DNA from: an uncultured Bacillales bacterium
Lineage (GTDB): Bacteria; Bacillota_I; Bacilli_A; RFN20; CAG-826
Reading direction: 5' to 3'
Assembly: GCA_946622925.1 (NCBI GenBank)
Contig: CAMOQM010000001.1
Coordinates: forward strand, 1-34,927
DNA length: 34,927 nt
Part shown: positions 1 through 7,532 of the stretch, one piece after another
Layout: every line of letters starts with the position of its first letter
How positions within the stretch are numbered: position 1 is the first letter of the stretch
The notes under the pieces: model-generated
What the model saw: only the letters and a program-made list of their open reading frames with translations
Database searches by the model: none
What the model was told of the DNA's origin: nothing
Made by a program: the position numbers and the translations under genes

Positions 1-371
1 GAGAGGTCACTCCGACCCCAACTCCGACACCGACCGGCGAAACGGTCACCATTACCGTCAATAACGCCCCGGATTGGATCACCAATGACGGCTGCGTGAT
101 ATTCGCTTGGGCGTGGGGTGCTTCCTCTAATGGCGCTTGGTATGCCTGCACCTATGGCGAAGGCACTAAGCCAACCTCATTCACCATCACCGTTCCTAGC
201 GATAGCACCGGCTGCTTGTTGGCTCGTTGCGCTAACGGAACCACAACCCCGGATTGGAAGAAGGCAACCGATGGTGCCGGCCGCGTTTATAACAAGAGCG
301 CCGACATCACGATTACTTCTGGAACCACGACCTATACTTGCCCCGCTTGGAGTAAATATAATCCATCTTAA
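1..371 (+). CDS. 3' end of a secreted/surface protein (5' end outside window): Pro/Thr linker followed by a ~100-aa Trp/Cys-containing, possibly carbohydrate-binding, beta-sandwich-like domain
   Basis: Frame 3 is open from the window edge (EVTPTPTPTPTGETVTITVNNAPDWITNDGCVIFAWAWG...) to TAA at 369-371, so the GTG at 96 in the ORF track is internal. The TPTPTPTPT linker is typical of multidomain extracellular enzymes. The domain call is by resemblance only. Confidence 0.5.
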   Translation, partial: EVTPTPTPTPTGETVTITVNNAPDWITNDGCVIFAWAWGASSNGAWYACTYGEGTKPTSFTITVPSDSTGCLLARCANGTTTPDWKKATDGAGRVYNKSADITITSGTTTYTCPAWSKYNPS

Positions 372-504
372 TCTTTAACCTACCATATAGTTGCTTCAAG
401 CCATATTAGAATCAACGAGGAAGATAAGTAGGCGATCCGAAGTTGAAGGGAGATCCAAAAAGGGATTACCGATTTGAGTCCTGTTGAATTGAAGGTAGGA
501 TATC

Positions 505-532
505 GGGGCAGTCCTCAGGGGCTGCCCTTTTC
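505..532 (+). terminator. Rho-independent terminator-like hairpin
   Basis: GGGCAGTCC (506-514) pairs with GGGCTGCCC (519-527), including one G-U pair. The loop is TCAG and TTTT follows at 528-531. Confidence 0.55.
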
Positions 533-564
533 AGCCCCATTAGAAAGAAGAGCCCCATTAGAAA
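533..564. repeat. 2 x 14-nt direct repeat AGCCCCATTAGAAA separated by GAAG; followed by 2 x GGTGGATT (569-576, 579-586)
   Basis: Exact copies read at 533-546 and 551-564. They lie between the terminator hairpin and the 3' end of the transposase relic. Confidence 0.9.
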
Positions 565-662
565 AAAAGGTGGATTTGGGTGGATTCGAATGAATTTCGC
601 CTAAAAAACGCCTTAGAAAGAAGGTGGAGCCCGACAAGGCGATCCAAAAGGGTCGCCTTTTC

Positions 663-1195
663 TCATCGGTTTCCGTTCTTCGAATAGGTCAGGCAGAGCA
701 GGACCCTCTTTCTGAACCTGTCGAAGTTGGTGCATCCGTTCGCGATCTTCTTCAGGGTCTTTATCTGGTTGTTGAGCCCCTCGGCGACCCCGTTGGAAAG
801 CCTGACGCCCATCTGGTTTTTGGCCAATCCGTTGGCTATCTGGGCCCTCCATTTTCGGCAGCTCCTGCCCACCGATTCGAGCAGCGGGCTCCCCGAGGAC
901 AGCAGCCTCGAGGCGACCCTCCCGATGAGGTCGGAGGCCTCCGTCCAGCTGCGGCACCTCCTGTTGCGGAGCATCTCCTGCATCGATGACCACGCCTCCC
1001 AAAGGGCCGGGGAGGTGCGGAGGCACATGAGGAGGATCTCGTGGAAGGGAAGGCCAGGCCGGTCCCCATGTGCTGGTAGTACCTGGCCGGGATCCTGGAT
1101 TCTCTTATCTGGAAGACCTTCCATTTCGATTTCATGAAGCCGTATTCCGGGGAGTCCCTGGGCAGCCATTTTTCATCGTTTATAAATACGTTCAA
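663..1195 (-). mobile_element. ISL3-family transposase relic: C-terminal ~180 codons only, frameshifted, N-terminal half missing
   Basis: ORF 663..1169(-) ends with SNGVAEGLNNQIKTLKKIANGCTNFDRFRKRVLL, the characteristic ISL3 transposase C-terminal motif. The preceding ISL3-like segment (MKSKWKVFQIRESRIP) is in a different frame (ORF 836..1195), implying a frameshift near 1050-1075. Full ISL3 transposases are roughly 400 aa or more, and nothing upstream of 1195 continues the gene. Confidence 0.7.
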
Positions 1196-1218
1196 ACCTT
1201 ATGCCGCTTGTTATACGC

Positions 1219-1247
1219 TTGAAACCGGTCATGCGCAAATTTACAAT
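1219..1247 (+). promoter_or_regulatory. Sigma-70-type promoter for the lipoprotein gene
   Basis: TTGAAA (1219-1224), 17-nt spacer, TACAAT (1242-1247). AAGGA follows at 1250-1254 and ATG at 1262. Confidence 0.5.
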
Positions 1248-1261
1248 ATAAGGATAAACAT

Positions 1262-3088
1262 ATGAAAAAGACTGTGCTTTGGTTTGTGGCGTTTATATTT
1301 CCGCTTTTATTTGGATGCTCTTCGAATGAATCTTCTGAGCCTGCTACGATAGTTTCTGTGGAAGGAGCGGAATTTAATGAAGAAGCAAAGAGCATCTGGC
1401 TTCTTGTCAATTCTAATCAAGGAGTTTCGTTGAATAATCTCATTAAGGTTTCTATCAATTCATCATGGCGATTATTTAAGGAAAAAACAGAATTATTTGA
1501 CAGGAACGTTTATAGTTCCGAACTCGAAGACGGAAACAACGCTTTTTCTATTGTTGTAGCTTCGCATGATGGACGATTTGAAAATACTTATAGTTTAATT
1601 ATTCATCGGTCTTTTCAAGCTTGGATTTCTTATGAATTTGAAGGCCAAAAGTTAGGGATGCAAAATGTCTTTACTGGCTTTAAGTTTAGCCTTCCGGGCT
1701 CCTATTATATTGAAGGCCATACGTTTTTATATTGGTGTTATGAAGGAAAAAGGGTAAATACCATTGTGCCTTTGGGCGATATCGCCGTGCAAGCTTTTGC
1801 ACCGGCAAATGATTATACTGTTGTGCTTAATCCGAATTTTGAAGGATGCCACGCGGATGCCATAACAATAAAGTATGGAGACAACTATTCATTACCATTT
1901 TTAGAAAGGCGTGGATATGAGTTTTTAGGATGGTTCCGTGACGATTCCTCTATTTCTTTTCCAATTTCCGGGATATGGAATTATGGAAATGGACTGACTT
2001 TAAATGCAAAATGGGAGCCGTTTTCTTATGCCATTTCTTATGCGCTAAATGGCGGGACGAATAATCCCGAAAATCCAAACTCATATACCGTTGAAAACAG
2101 GGCGGTGCTTGCTGAACCTACATGTAAATTTAAAACTTTCGATGGTTGGTATCTGGACGGTAAGAGAATTCGATTCATCCCAGAAGGAACAACTGGCGAA
2201 ATAAAATTAGAGGCGCTTTGGTCGCAAAATGACGTTCAGAAAGCCGAAGAAGAAGCCGCAAAGGTTGACAGAGAAAAACGCTTGGGAATCAGACCGGTTT
2301 TTTCCGACGATGGGAAAACCGTTACGTATGGCCTTTATCCTCAAAAACGCATCTGTGATGAAAAAACCATCGCTTCTTTGGAGGCTTTGCGAACGCCGCA
2401 CGAGCTTTATGAGGGTGAAAATGAATTTGTTTTTTTTGATGGCAATTACTATGTAGTTTTAAATATAAATTTTCGAGGATTGGGCGGAACTGTTTATTGG
2501 GAAGATGGATCGGAGTCTGGGCGATACGATTTCGCTAGCCACAAAGGGAACCTTGAATGGTTTATTTGCGAACCAATAAAGTGGATGGTATTGTCCAACT
2601 TTAATGGCGAGCTCTTTGTTGTATCGGAACGCATTCTAGACGCCTCTGTGTGGAATAATGTTCAAGTGTACAGTGGGGGCTATGAATTGTCTTATCTTAG
2701 ACTGTGGCTCAACGGATTCTATGAATCGGCTTTTAAGCTAGGAGACGATTACTCTTTGATTACTGAAGTAAACAACGGCCGAGGCGGAAGCGTTGACGAT
2801 AGAGTGTTTGTACTAAGTTCAAAGGATTTAAAGGATTATTTTACTGATAAAGAATCTAGGTGCGCCCAGACAACCGACTGGGCCAGAGCCAGAAAAACAA
2901 ACTATCAAAGGGCCAACTTCTTGGGAGATTATTGGGCCAGGTCCATATATAGTTATGAAGGTAGAGCCTATTCTTTGTCTGGGGAAGCGGTCGTTTATTC
3001 TTCGGGGAATATTGGAGAGGGTAATGGATCTCTCAATGACTGGTCTATGGGTGTTAGGCCGGCCATGCGAATTAGAATTGACAAATAG
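1262..3088 (+). CDS. Surface lipoprotein with Listeria-Bacteroides-type (Flg_new-like) repeats and a C-terminal DUF6273-like domain
   Basis: Signal peptide with lipobox MKKTVLWFVAFIFPLLFGC. Repeat signatures: GHTFLYWCYEGKRV, GYEFLGWFRDD, FDGWYLDGKRI. The C-terminal DYWARS...SMGVRPAMRI resembles the YWLRS...GVRPA signature of DUF6273. Confidence 0.65.
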   Translation: MKKTVLWFVAFIFPLLFGCSSNESSEPATIVSVEGAEFNEEAKSIWLLVNSNQGVSLNNLIKVSINSSWRLFKEKTELFDRNVYSSELEDGNNAFSIVVASHDGRFENTYSLIIHRSFQAWISYEFEGQKLGMQNVFTGFKFSLPGSYYIEGHTFLYWCYEGKRVNTIVPLGDIAVQAFAPANDYTVVLNPNFEGCHADAITIKYGDNYSLPFLERRGYEFLGWFRDDSSISFPISGIWNYGNGLTLNAKWEPFSYAISYALNGGTNNPENPNSYTVENRAVLAEPTCKFKTFDGWYLDGKRIRFIPEGTTGEIKLEALWSQNDVQKAEEEAAKVDREKRLGIRPVFSDDGKTVTYGLYPQKRICDEKTIASLEALRTPHELYEGENEFVFFDGNYYVVLNINFRGLGGTVYWEDGSESGRYDFASHKGNLEWFICEPIKWMVLSNFNGELFVVSERILDASVWNNVQVYSGGYELSYLRLWLNGFYESAFKLGDDYSLITEVNNGRGGSVDDRVFVLSSKDLKDYFTDKESRCAQTTDWARARKTNYQRANFLGDYWARSIYSYEGRAYSLSGEAVVYSSGNIGEGNGSLNDWSMGVRPAMRIRIDK

Positions 3089-3164
3089 GATATTCGTTTA
3101 TTTAATTGTGATCAATTCAGGATTCTATGTTTACACGTTATAGAACGAAAGAGAGGGCCGCATT

Positions 3165-4061
3165 GTGACACTTTATTTGATTGGCAATGGCTTCGACAGG
3201 TATCATGGTTTGCCGACCTTATATAAGGATTATGGTAGTTTTCTTTGTGGTGACGATCATGATAGATTCAATTGTTATTCTTTCGTTCGTGACGATGAAA
3301 AGGTTTGTTCTAGGGACCAGTTCATGAATTTTAAAAGTGATACCTGGGAACGCCTTGAAGACGCATTAAACATAGATATCAAAGAGCTTATGATTCAAAC
3401 GTTGGATGGTAGAAACGGGCTTGCCTGCGACGATATCAGTTTATATTTGGATTTCACTGGTAAACACTTGCGAGACTGGATTAATTCCATATCCGTTTCG
3501 GACGTTAAAAAGCAATTAGATTTTCTACCCAATTCTCTATTCATTACATTTAATTACACGCTAGTTTTAGAAGAAGTTTATAAAATAGCTGATGAAAGAA
3601 TCCTCCACGTTCACGGCAAAAAAGGCGACAAAATCCTTCAATTCGGAAATATGGAGTTTATGGCTTATGGAAATGACAAAGCAGAACAAATCATTTTTGA
3701 ATATATGCGGGCTAACCCAAGTATCGAATGCTCCGTTAAAGAAGCCCATGAATATTTATATTATGTCAAGGAGGCGTTTGGAAAAGACCCCAAATCAAAT
3801 TACTCGGCCATAAATCGTTTTCTTTCAAATAAGCAAATAGATTCAATTATTGTTTTAGGGCTTTCTTTGTCAAAACAAGATCAACCATATTTTACCGACA
3901 TTTTTATTCCAAAATTCGGCAATAAAAAATGGGTTGTGTCTTATTATGGGTCAGACGACTTAAAAAAGAAGAAGTCATTTTGTAAAGGAACCGGCCTAAA
4001 GTGCAGCTTTAAGACACTGGAAGAGGCTACGCAATGCCCGGGTACAGGTTGCCTGGAATAG
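3165..4061 (+). CDS. abiH: AbiH-family abortive-infection-like protein
   Basis: GTG start after AGAGAGGG. The N-terminus MTLYLIGNGFDRYHGLPTLYKDYGSFL matches the hallmark IGNGFD..HGL.T.Y.DF N-terminal motif of AbiH (PF14253). Internal ILHVHGKKGDKILQFGN also fits the family. Confidence 0.75.
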   Translation: MTLYLIGNGFDRYHGLPTLYKDYGSFLCGDDHDRFNCYSFVRDDEKVCSRDQFMNFKSDTWERLEDALNIDIKELMIQTLDGRNGLACDDISLYLDFTGKHLRDWINSISVSDVKKQLDFLPNSLFITFNYTLVLEEVYKIADERILHVHGKKGDKILQFGNMEFMAYGNDKAEQIIFEYMRANPSIECSVKEAHEYLYYVKEAFGKDPKSNYSAINRFLSNKQIDSIIVLGLSLSKQDQPYFTDIFIPKFGNKKWVVSYYGSDDLKKKKSFCKGTGLKCSFKTLEEATQCPGTGCLE

Positions 4062-4125
4062 TTGCTTTTTCTGATGCAAACTAGTGGTCTTCATGTTGTG
4101 TCTCCTTGGTCGCCTATTATTGTTG

Positions 4126-4764
4126 TTATTGTAGTAAATCCACTATTGAACAGCCTAAAGCTTTGGATAGTTTTTTAAGAGTATCTACGCTGGCCTTGTT
4201 TATATCTTTATGCCTTTGCTCATACATTTGGATTGAGCGTAGATTGACGCCAGATAAAGCGGCTAATTCAGATTGGGAACAACCATATAATGTTCGGATG
4301 CGTTTTAGATTTGTTTCGCCTTGGTCTTCTTTGATTTTGCTATTGGCGATGTCTACGAATTTGGTAATGTCGGCTTCGTGAAGGGTGTAATAAAGTCTGA
4401 CCAATTCATCATATGGCAGGGCTTTGAAGATCCTAGCAAATCCGCAGTCGGCGATGAATTGGTAATAGGCAACGGCATAGCCGATCCAATATTCCTTTGA
4501 GCGGGAATAGTTTACCTTTGGTTCGACATTTATATCCTTATCGGTAGTTTCTTTGATTATATCGATGGCTAACTCTATTCCACTTTTGCCTTTGATAATG
4601 GCGACATCGGCTAGTTCTAGGCGTTTGCAAAAGCTGCTGACTAGGAAAAGATCAACGAAATCTTTCCCCGGCATGCCTAAAGAATTGACCGCGTAATCAA
4701 AAGCCTCGCCTAGCAGGCGCTGAGCTCTATTTCGATTTATTCCTTGGTAATCTTGGATCGTCAT
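4126..4764 (-). CDS. Partner protein of the DUF3990-like gene: N-terminal DUF3791-like region plus C-terminal XRE-type helix-turn-helix
   Basis: The C-terminal NLKRIRTLYGCSQSELAALSGVNLRSIQMYEQRHKDINKASVDTLKKLSKALGCSIVDLL is a textbook HTH_3/XRE domain. The N-terminal ~150 aa aligns with ORF 11867..12352 (KEYWIGYAVAYYQF vs EAMFWLGYIYRYISY; LPYDELVRLYYTLHEAD vs LPAKTLIKDYYVYHTQD). It overlaps the upstream gene by 38 nt. The DUF3791 name is from memory of the usual DUF3990 neighbour and is unverified. Confidence 0.7.
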   Translation of the reverse strand: MTIQDYQGINRNRAQRLLGEAFDYAVNSLGMPGKDFVDLFLVSSFCKRLELADVAIIKGKSGIELAIDIIKETTDKDINVEPKVNYSRSKEYWIGYAVAYYQFIADCGFARIFKALPYDELVRLYYTLHEADITKFVDIANSKIKEDQGETNLKRIRTLYGCSQSELAALSGVNLRSIQMYEQRHKDINKASVDTLKKLSKALGCSIVDLLQ

Positions 4765-5419
4765 TGGTGATTTTGTTCCCGATTATATTCTGAATATATA
4801 ACCCATCCTCTTCTTGCTCGAGGATATCCATATAAGCTTGATTGGCGGAATCATCCCTTCCTTTCCTAAGGATGTAATAGATGCTTTTATCGGCCGGTTC
4901 GGCCCCTTCGAAATGTATTTTGGAGAATGCGTATTCACTTTTGATTACGATTTGCTCGCCTAATTTCCCTAATTCCATGGCCTTGGAAAGTTGCTCCACC
5001 GTTATCGTGTTGTTTATGAAAGCCTCGGCATAATCGAAATATGAATCGTCGGCTCGATATCCAACGATTATGTCATAGGCATTTACGTTTATTCCGAAAT
5101 GTTCGCTCAGGTAGGCTTTTGCCCTTTTGGCACCTGGGTTATTAATATCGAATAAACGATGGTCGAGCAAAACGGCTATCCAATTGAGAATCGAGTAAGT
5201 GGGGGTGTTTAGATAGAGGATATTCAAACCTTCAGTTTCAAGGGTATAACGATTGGCAAAGCCATTGCTTAAGGATGAGATGGCCCACTCTTTCGCTAGT
5301 TCCTTGTTTTCGGTGCAATAAAAGCCAAGCCCGAAATCATTATGCTTTCGGCCAAGCCCAAAAACGGGCTTTTCGATGATTTTGCTGGAACCATGATAGA
5401 TGGTGATTTGTTTATTCAT
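4727..5419 (-). CDS. DUF3990-like protein (candidate effector/toxin)
   Basis: ITIYHGSSKIIEKPVFGLGRKHNDFGLGFYCTENKELAKEWA fits my recollection of the DUF3990 signature. It is clearly paralogous to aa ~79-284 of ORF 11016..11870 (YHGS/FHGS; GLGFY/GPGFY; IIVGYRADDSYF/IIAPIADNRMF; LGEQIVIKS/LGHQYVLKS). Confidence 0.7.
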   Translation of the reverse strand: MNKQITIYHGSSKIIEKPVFGLGRKHNDFGLGFYCTENKELAKEWAISSLSNGFANRYTLETEGLNILYLNTPTYSILNWIAVLLDHRLFDINNPGAKRAKAYLSEHFGINVNAYDIIVGYRADDSYFDYAEAFINNTITVEQLSKAMELGKLGEQIVIKSEYAFSKIHFEGAEPADKSIYYILRKGRDDSANQAYMDILEQEEDGLYIQNIIGNKITNDDPRLPRNKSK

Positions 5420-5439
5420 TTATACCTTCTTTCAGCAAT

Positions 5440-5467
5440 ACTATATCACTAGAGTGACATAGTTCAA
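5440..5467 (-). promoter_or_regulatory. Promoter with embedded inverted-repeat operator for the DUF3990-like operon
   Basis: On the minus strand: TTGAAC (plus 5462-5467), 16-nt spacer, TATAGT (plus 5440-5445). The imperfect inverted repeat CTATATCAC-taga-GTGACATAG (5441-5462, 1 mismatch) fills the spacer and overlaps the -10. An AAGAAGG RBS lies 5 nt before the ATG at 5419. Confidence 0.5.
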
Positions 5468-5576
5468 TTAGGTGCCTTGGTTTTTGCGTAAACAAAGCTT
5501 TTAGCTTTGCCAAAATTAATTGCCACTTTTGCCTTTTTAATCCGTATAAGTTAGTAGGGAGACCATAACAAAAAGA

Positions 5577-5609
5577 TGTGTACAAAATACACACACTCTA
5601 ACCTATAAT
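5577..5609 (+). promoter_or_regulatory. Promoter/operator of the DUF1778-GNAT TA pair
   Basis: Perfect inverted repeat TGTGTA-caaaa-TACACA (5577-5593) lies over the -35 position. TATAAT is at 5604-5609, GGAGG at 5616-5620 and ATG at 5628. Confidence 0.5.
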
Positions 5610-5627
5610 TGGTTTGGAGGTAGCGTT

Positions 5628-5900
5628 ATGGCAACCAAAAAGAAAGGATGTAGAGTGGATATTAGAATCTCAGAAAGCGACAAAGCCCTTTTGTACAAGG
5701 CCGCTGAAATAAGAAGACAAAGCCTAAGTTCCTATATCATTGGTGCCGCTACCAAGGCCGCGGAGAATGATATAGCCAACGAAAATATCATTTGGGTATC
5801 AGAAGAAGGTATGAAACGGATTGTTTCCATGATGGAAAATCCTCCTGAACCAAATGAAACTCTTAAGGAGTTAATGCGTGGAAATCATCTCGATAAATGA
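5628..5900 (+). CDS. DUF1778 (TacA-like, RHH) type II antitoxin
   Basis: 90 aa, with RVDIRISESDKALLYKAAEIRRQSLSSYIIGAA typical of DUF1778 antitoxins. It overlaps the downstream GNAT gene by 23 nt. Confidence 0.8.
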   Translation: MATKKKGCRVDIRISESDKALLYKAAEIRRQSLSSYIIGAATKAAENDIANENIIWVSEEGMKRIVSMMENPPEPNETLKELMRGNHLDK

Positions 5901-6381
5901 ATTTTCGGACAAAAAACAGTTTTTGGATTTTGACTGTGGCGAGCCGGCCTTGAATACATATTTAAGGAAATATGCCACCCAAAACGAAAGGACTGGGTAC
6001 GGCCGAACTTTTTTGGCTCTAGAAAACGGAAGGCTGATTGGCTTTTATACTCTTGTCGTGAGTTCGATGCAAAGAGATGGGCTCCAAACCAATCTGATCA
6101 AAAGATTGCCAAAATATCCAGTCCCTTGCATTTTAATAGCCAGACTTGCCGTCAATAAATCTGACCAAAAAAGGAAAGTCGGAAAGCAAATGCTATTTGA
6201 TGCTTTGAGAAAAGCCGTGCATATAGCGGATTATTGTGGAGTGGCTATGGTGGCGGTTGAATCTAAACCGGGAGCCGTCGAGTTTTACAAAGCTGCTGGC
6301 TTCGAATCGATAACCGATAACGGTTTGGTTTTCGCAATCCATATTAATGCGATTATCTCCGCCTTAGCAGGACAAAAATAG
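5878..6381 (+). CDS. GNAT-family acetyltransferase toxin (TacT-like)
   Basis: GTG start 7 nt after AAGGAG. FDCGEPALNTYLRKYATQNERTGYGRTFLAL...GFYTL and ILIARLAVNKSDQKRKVGKQMLFDAL match the TacT/GNAT toxin pattern. It is paired with DUF1778. Confidence 0.8.
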   Translation: MEIISINEFSDKKQFLDFDCGEPALNTYLRKYATQNERTGYGRTFLALENGRLIGFYTLVVSSMQRDGLQTNLIKRLPKYPVPCILIARLAVNKSDQKRKVGKQMLFDALRKAVHIADYCGVAMVAVESKPGAVEFYKAAGFESITDNGLVFAIHINAIISALAGQK

Positions 6382-6490
6382 GTTTTTCTTGCGGTATTTT
6401 TGACACGCACGGTGCTGTGGTAAGTATTTCTCCTTATTTCTTAGATATAGTCGGATTATTTTCGATTTTGCAAATTAATGAAAATTTTTG

Positions 6491-6520
6491 TTGACACCCT
6501 ATTCCTTACACGCGTATAGT
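6491..6520 (+). promoter_or_regulatory. str operon promoter
   Basis: TTGACA (6491-6496), 18-nt spacer, TATAGT (6515-6520). An A/T-rich tract (AAAATTTTT) lies immediately upstream. Confidence 0.65.
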
Positions 6521-6611
6521 TACGCTCGGACGTTAGTAAAAGGGATATTCCCTCATTTATTAACCCCGGCCTACGATACGCCGGGAAGTGTGTGAAAAAA
6601 GGAGAAACACC

Positions 6612-7031
6612 ATGCCAACCATTAACCAACTAGTTCGGCAGGGCCGCCAGTCCGCGGTCAAGAAATCCAAATCCCCTGCCTTAGGCAAGAGATGGAACTC
6701 GCTGAACAAAAAGTCGACCAGCCAGGCTTCCGCCCAAAAGCGCGGCGTCTGCACCCGTGTCGGCACCATGACTCCTAAGAAGCCGAACTCCGCCCTTAGG
6801 AAATACGCTCGTGTCCGTTTAAGCAATGGATACGAAGTCACCGCCTATATCGGTGGTGAAGGACACAACTTACAGGAGCACTCCACCGTCATGATCCGTG
6901 GCGGCCGTGTCAAAGACCTCCCTGGTGTCCGTTACCACATCATCCGCGGTACCCTTGACTGCGCCGGTATCGAAAAGCGTCGCCAAGGTCGCTCCCTCTA
7001 CGGCACCAAGAAGCCGAAAGAGAGCAAATAA
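6612..7031 (+). CDS. rpsL: 30S ribosomal protein S12
   Basis: [12 protein letters not shown]...[49 protein letters not shown]...[24 protein letters not shown] lies 6 nt upstream of the ATG at 6612, so the tracked start at 6588 is an upstream in-frame extension. Confidence 0.97.
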   Translation: MPTINQLVRQGRQSAVKKSKSPALGKRWNSLNKKSTSQASAQKRGVCTRVGTMTPKKPNSALRKYARVRLSNGYEVTAYIGGEGHNLQEHSTVMIRGGRVKDLPGVRYHIIRGTLDCAGIEKRRQGRSLYGTKKPKESK

Positions 7032-7049
7032 TGAAAGGAGAATAGAACC

Positions 7050-7520
7050 ATGCCAAGAAAAGGTGCTGTCGCCAAACGCGACGTATTACCAGATCCGGTT
7101 TATAACTCCAAACTCATCACCCGTTTGATCAACAGGGTCATGTTCGATGGCAAGCGCGGAACCGCCCAAACCATCATCTACAAGGCCTTTGCCAAGATCG
7201 AAGAGAAGACCGGCAAACCCGCGATGGACGTCTTCGCCACCGCGATCAAGAACATCATGCCAGAAGTCGAACTTAAGGTCCGTCGTATTGGCGCCGCCAA
7301 CTACCAGGTTCCTGTCGAAGTTTCGCAAGAACGCCGTCAGACCCTCGGCCTCCGCTGGCTCGTCACCTATTCCCGCCTCCGTGGTGAGAAGACCATGGAA
7401 GAAAAGCTCGCCGGTGAAATCATCGATGCCGCCAATGGCACCGGTGCTTCCATCAAGAAGAAGCAGGATGTCCACAAAATGGCCGAAGCTAACAAAGCCT
7501 ACGCCCATTATCGTTGGTAA
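7050..7520 (+). CDS. rpsG: 30S ribosomal protein S7
   Basis: [40 protein letters not shown]... is canonical S7, and it sits in the str operon position. Confidence 0.97.
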   Translation: MPRKGAVAKRDVLPDPVYNSKLITRLINRVMFDGKRGTAQTIIYKAFAKIEEKTGKPAMDVFATAIKNIMPEVELKVRRIGAANYQVPVEVSQERRQTLGLRWLVTYSRLRGEKTMEEKLAGEIIDAANGTGASIKKKQDVHKMAEANKAYAHYRW

Positions 7521-7532
7521 GGAGAATAAGCC

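Noticed and set aside
579-595. TTCGAAT T-loop-like motif (GGTGGATTCGAATGA) suggesting a tRNA.
   Set aside because: Flanking bases do not form a T-stem, acceptor stem or anticodon arm, so no cloverleaf can be drawn.
533-600. Direct repeats and GAAGAGCCCC as the terminal inverted repeat of the ISL3 element.
   Set aside because: The orientation does not fit what I remember of ISL3 ends (GGCTCTT... reading inward). The other end of the element is missing, so an IR cannot be confirmed. It is reported only as a repeat.
613-1137. Overlapping ORFs 613..1026(-), 624..989(+) and 727..1137(+) in the GC-rich block.
   Set aside because: Only the frame carrying the ISL3 C-terminal motif has recognisable protein features. 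The others are Arg/Pro/Gly-rich read-throughs typical of GC-rich DNA.
5412-5594. 60-aa ORF on the minus strand in the divergent intergenic region, and ORF 4106..4381(+) antisense to the HTH partner gene.
   Set aside because: Neither has an RBS or recognisable motifs. The first spans the two promoter/operator regions and the second is fully antisense to a well-supported gene.
6565-6585. Hairpin CCCGGC-(9 nt)-GCCGGG in the rpsL leader as a ribosomal-protein autoregulatory element.
   Set aside because: It is a real stem but has no T-tract, and I cannot match it to a defined leader family. The evidence is insufficient to call it a regulatory RNA.
6588-6611. Upstream extension of rpsL (MCEKRRNT...) and the TTG start at 24009 for SBP1.
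   Set aside because: The conserved S12 N-terminus MPTINQL begins at 6612 with a well-placed AAGGAGA. For SBP1 the ATG at 24027 follows AAAGGAGA at optimal spacing and gives a normal lipoprotein signal peptide.
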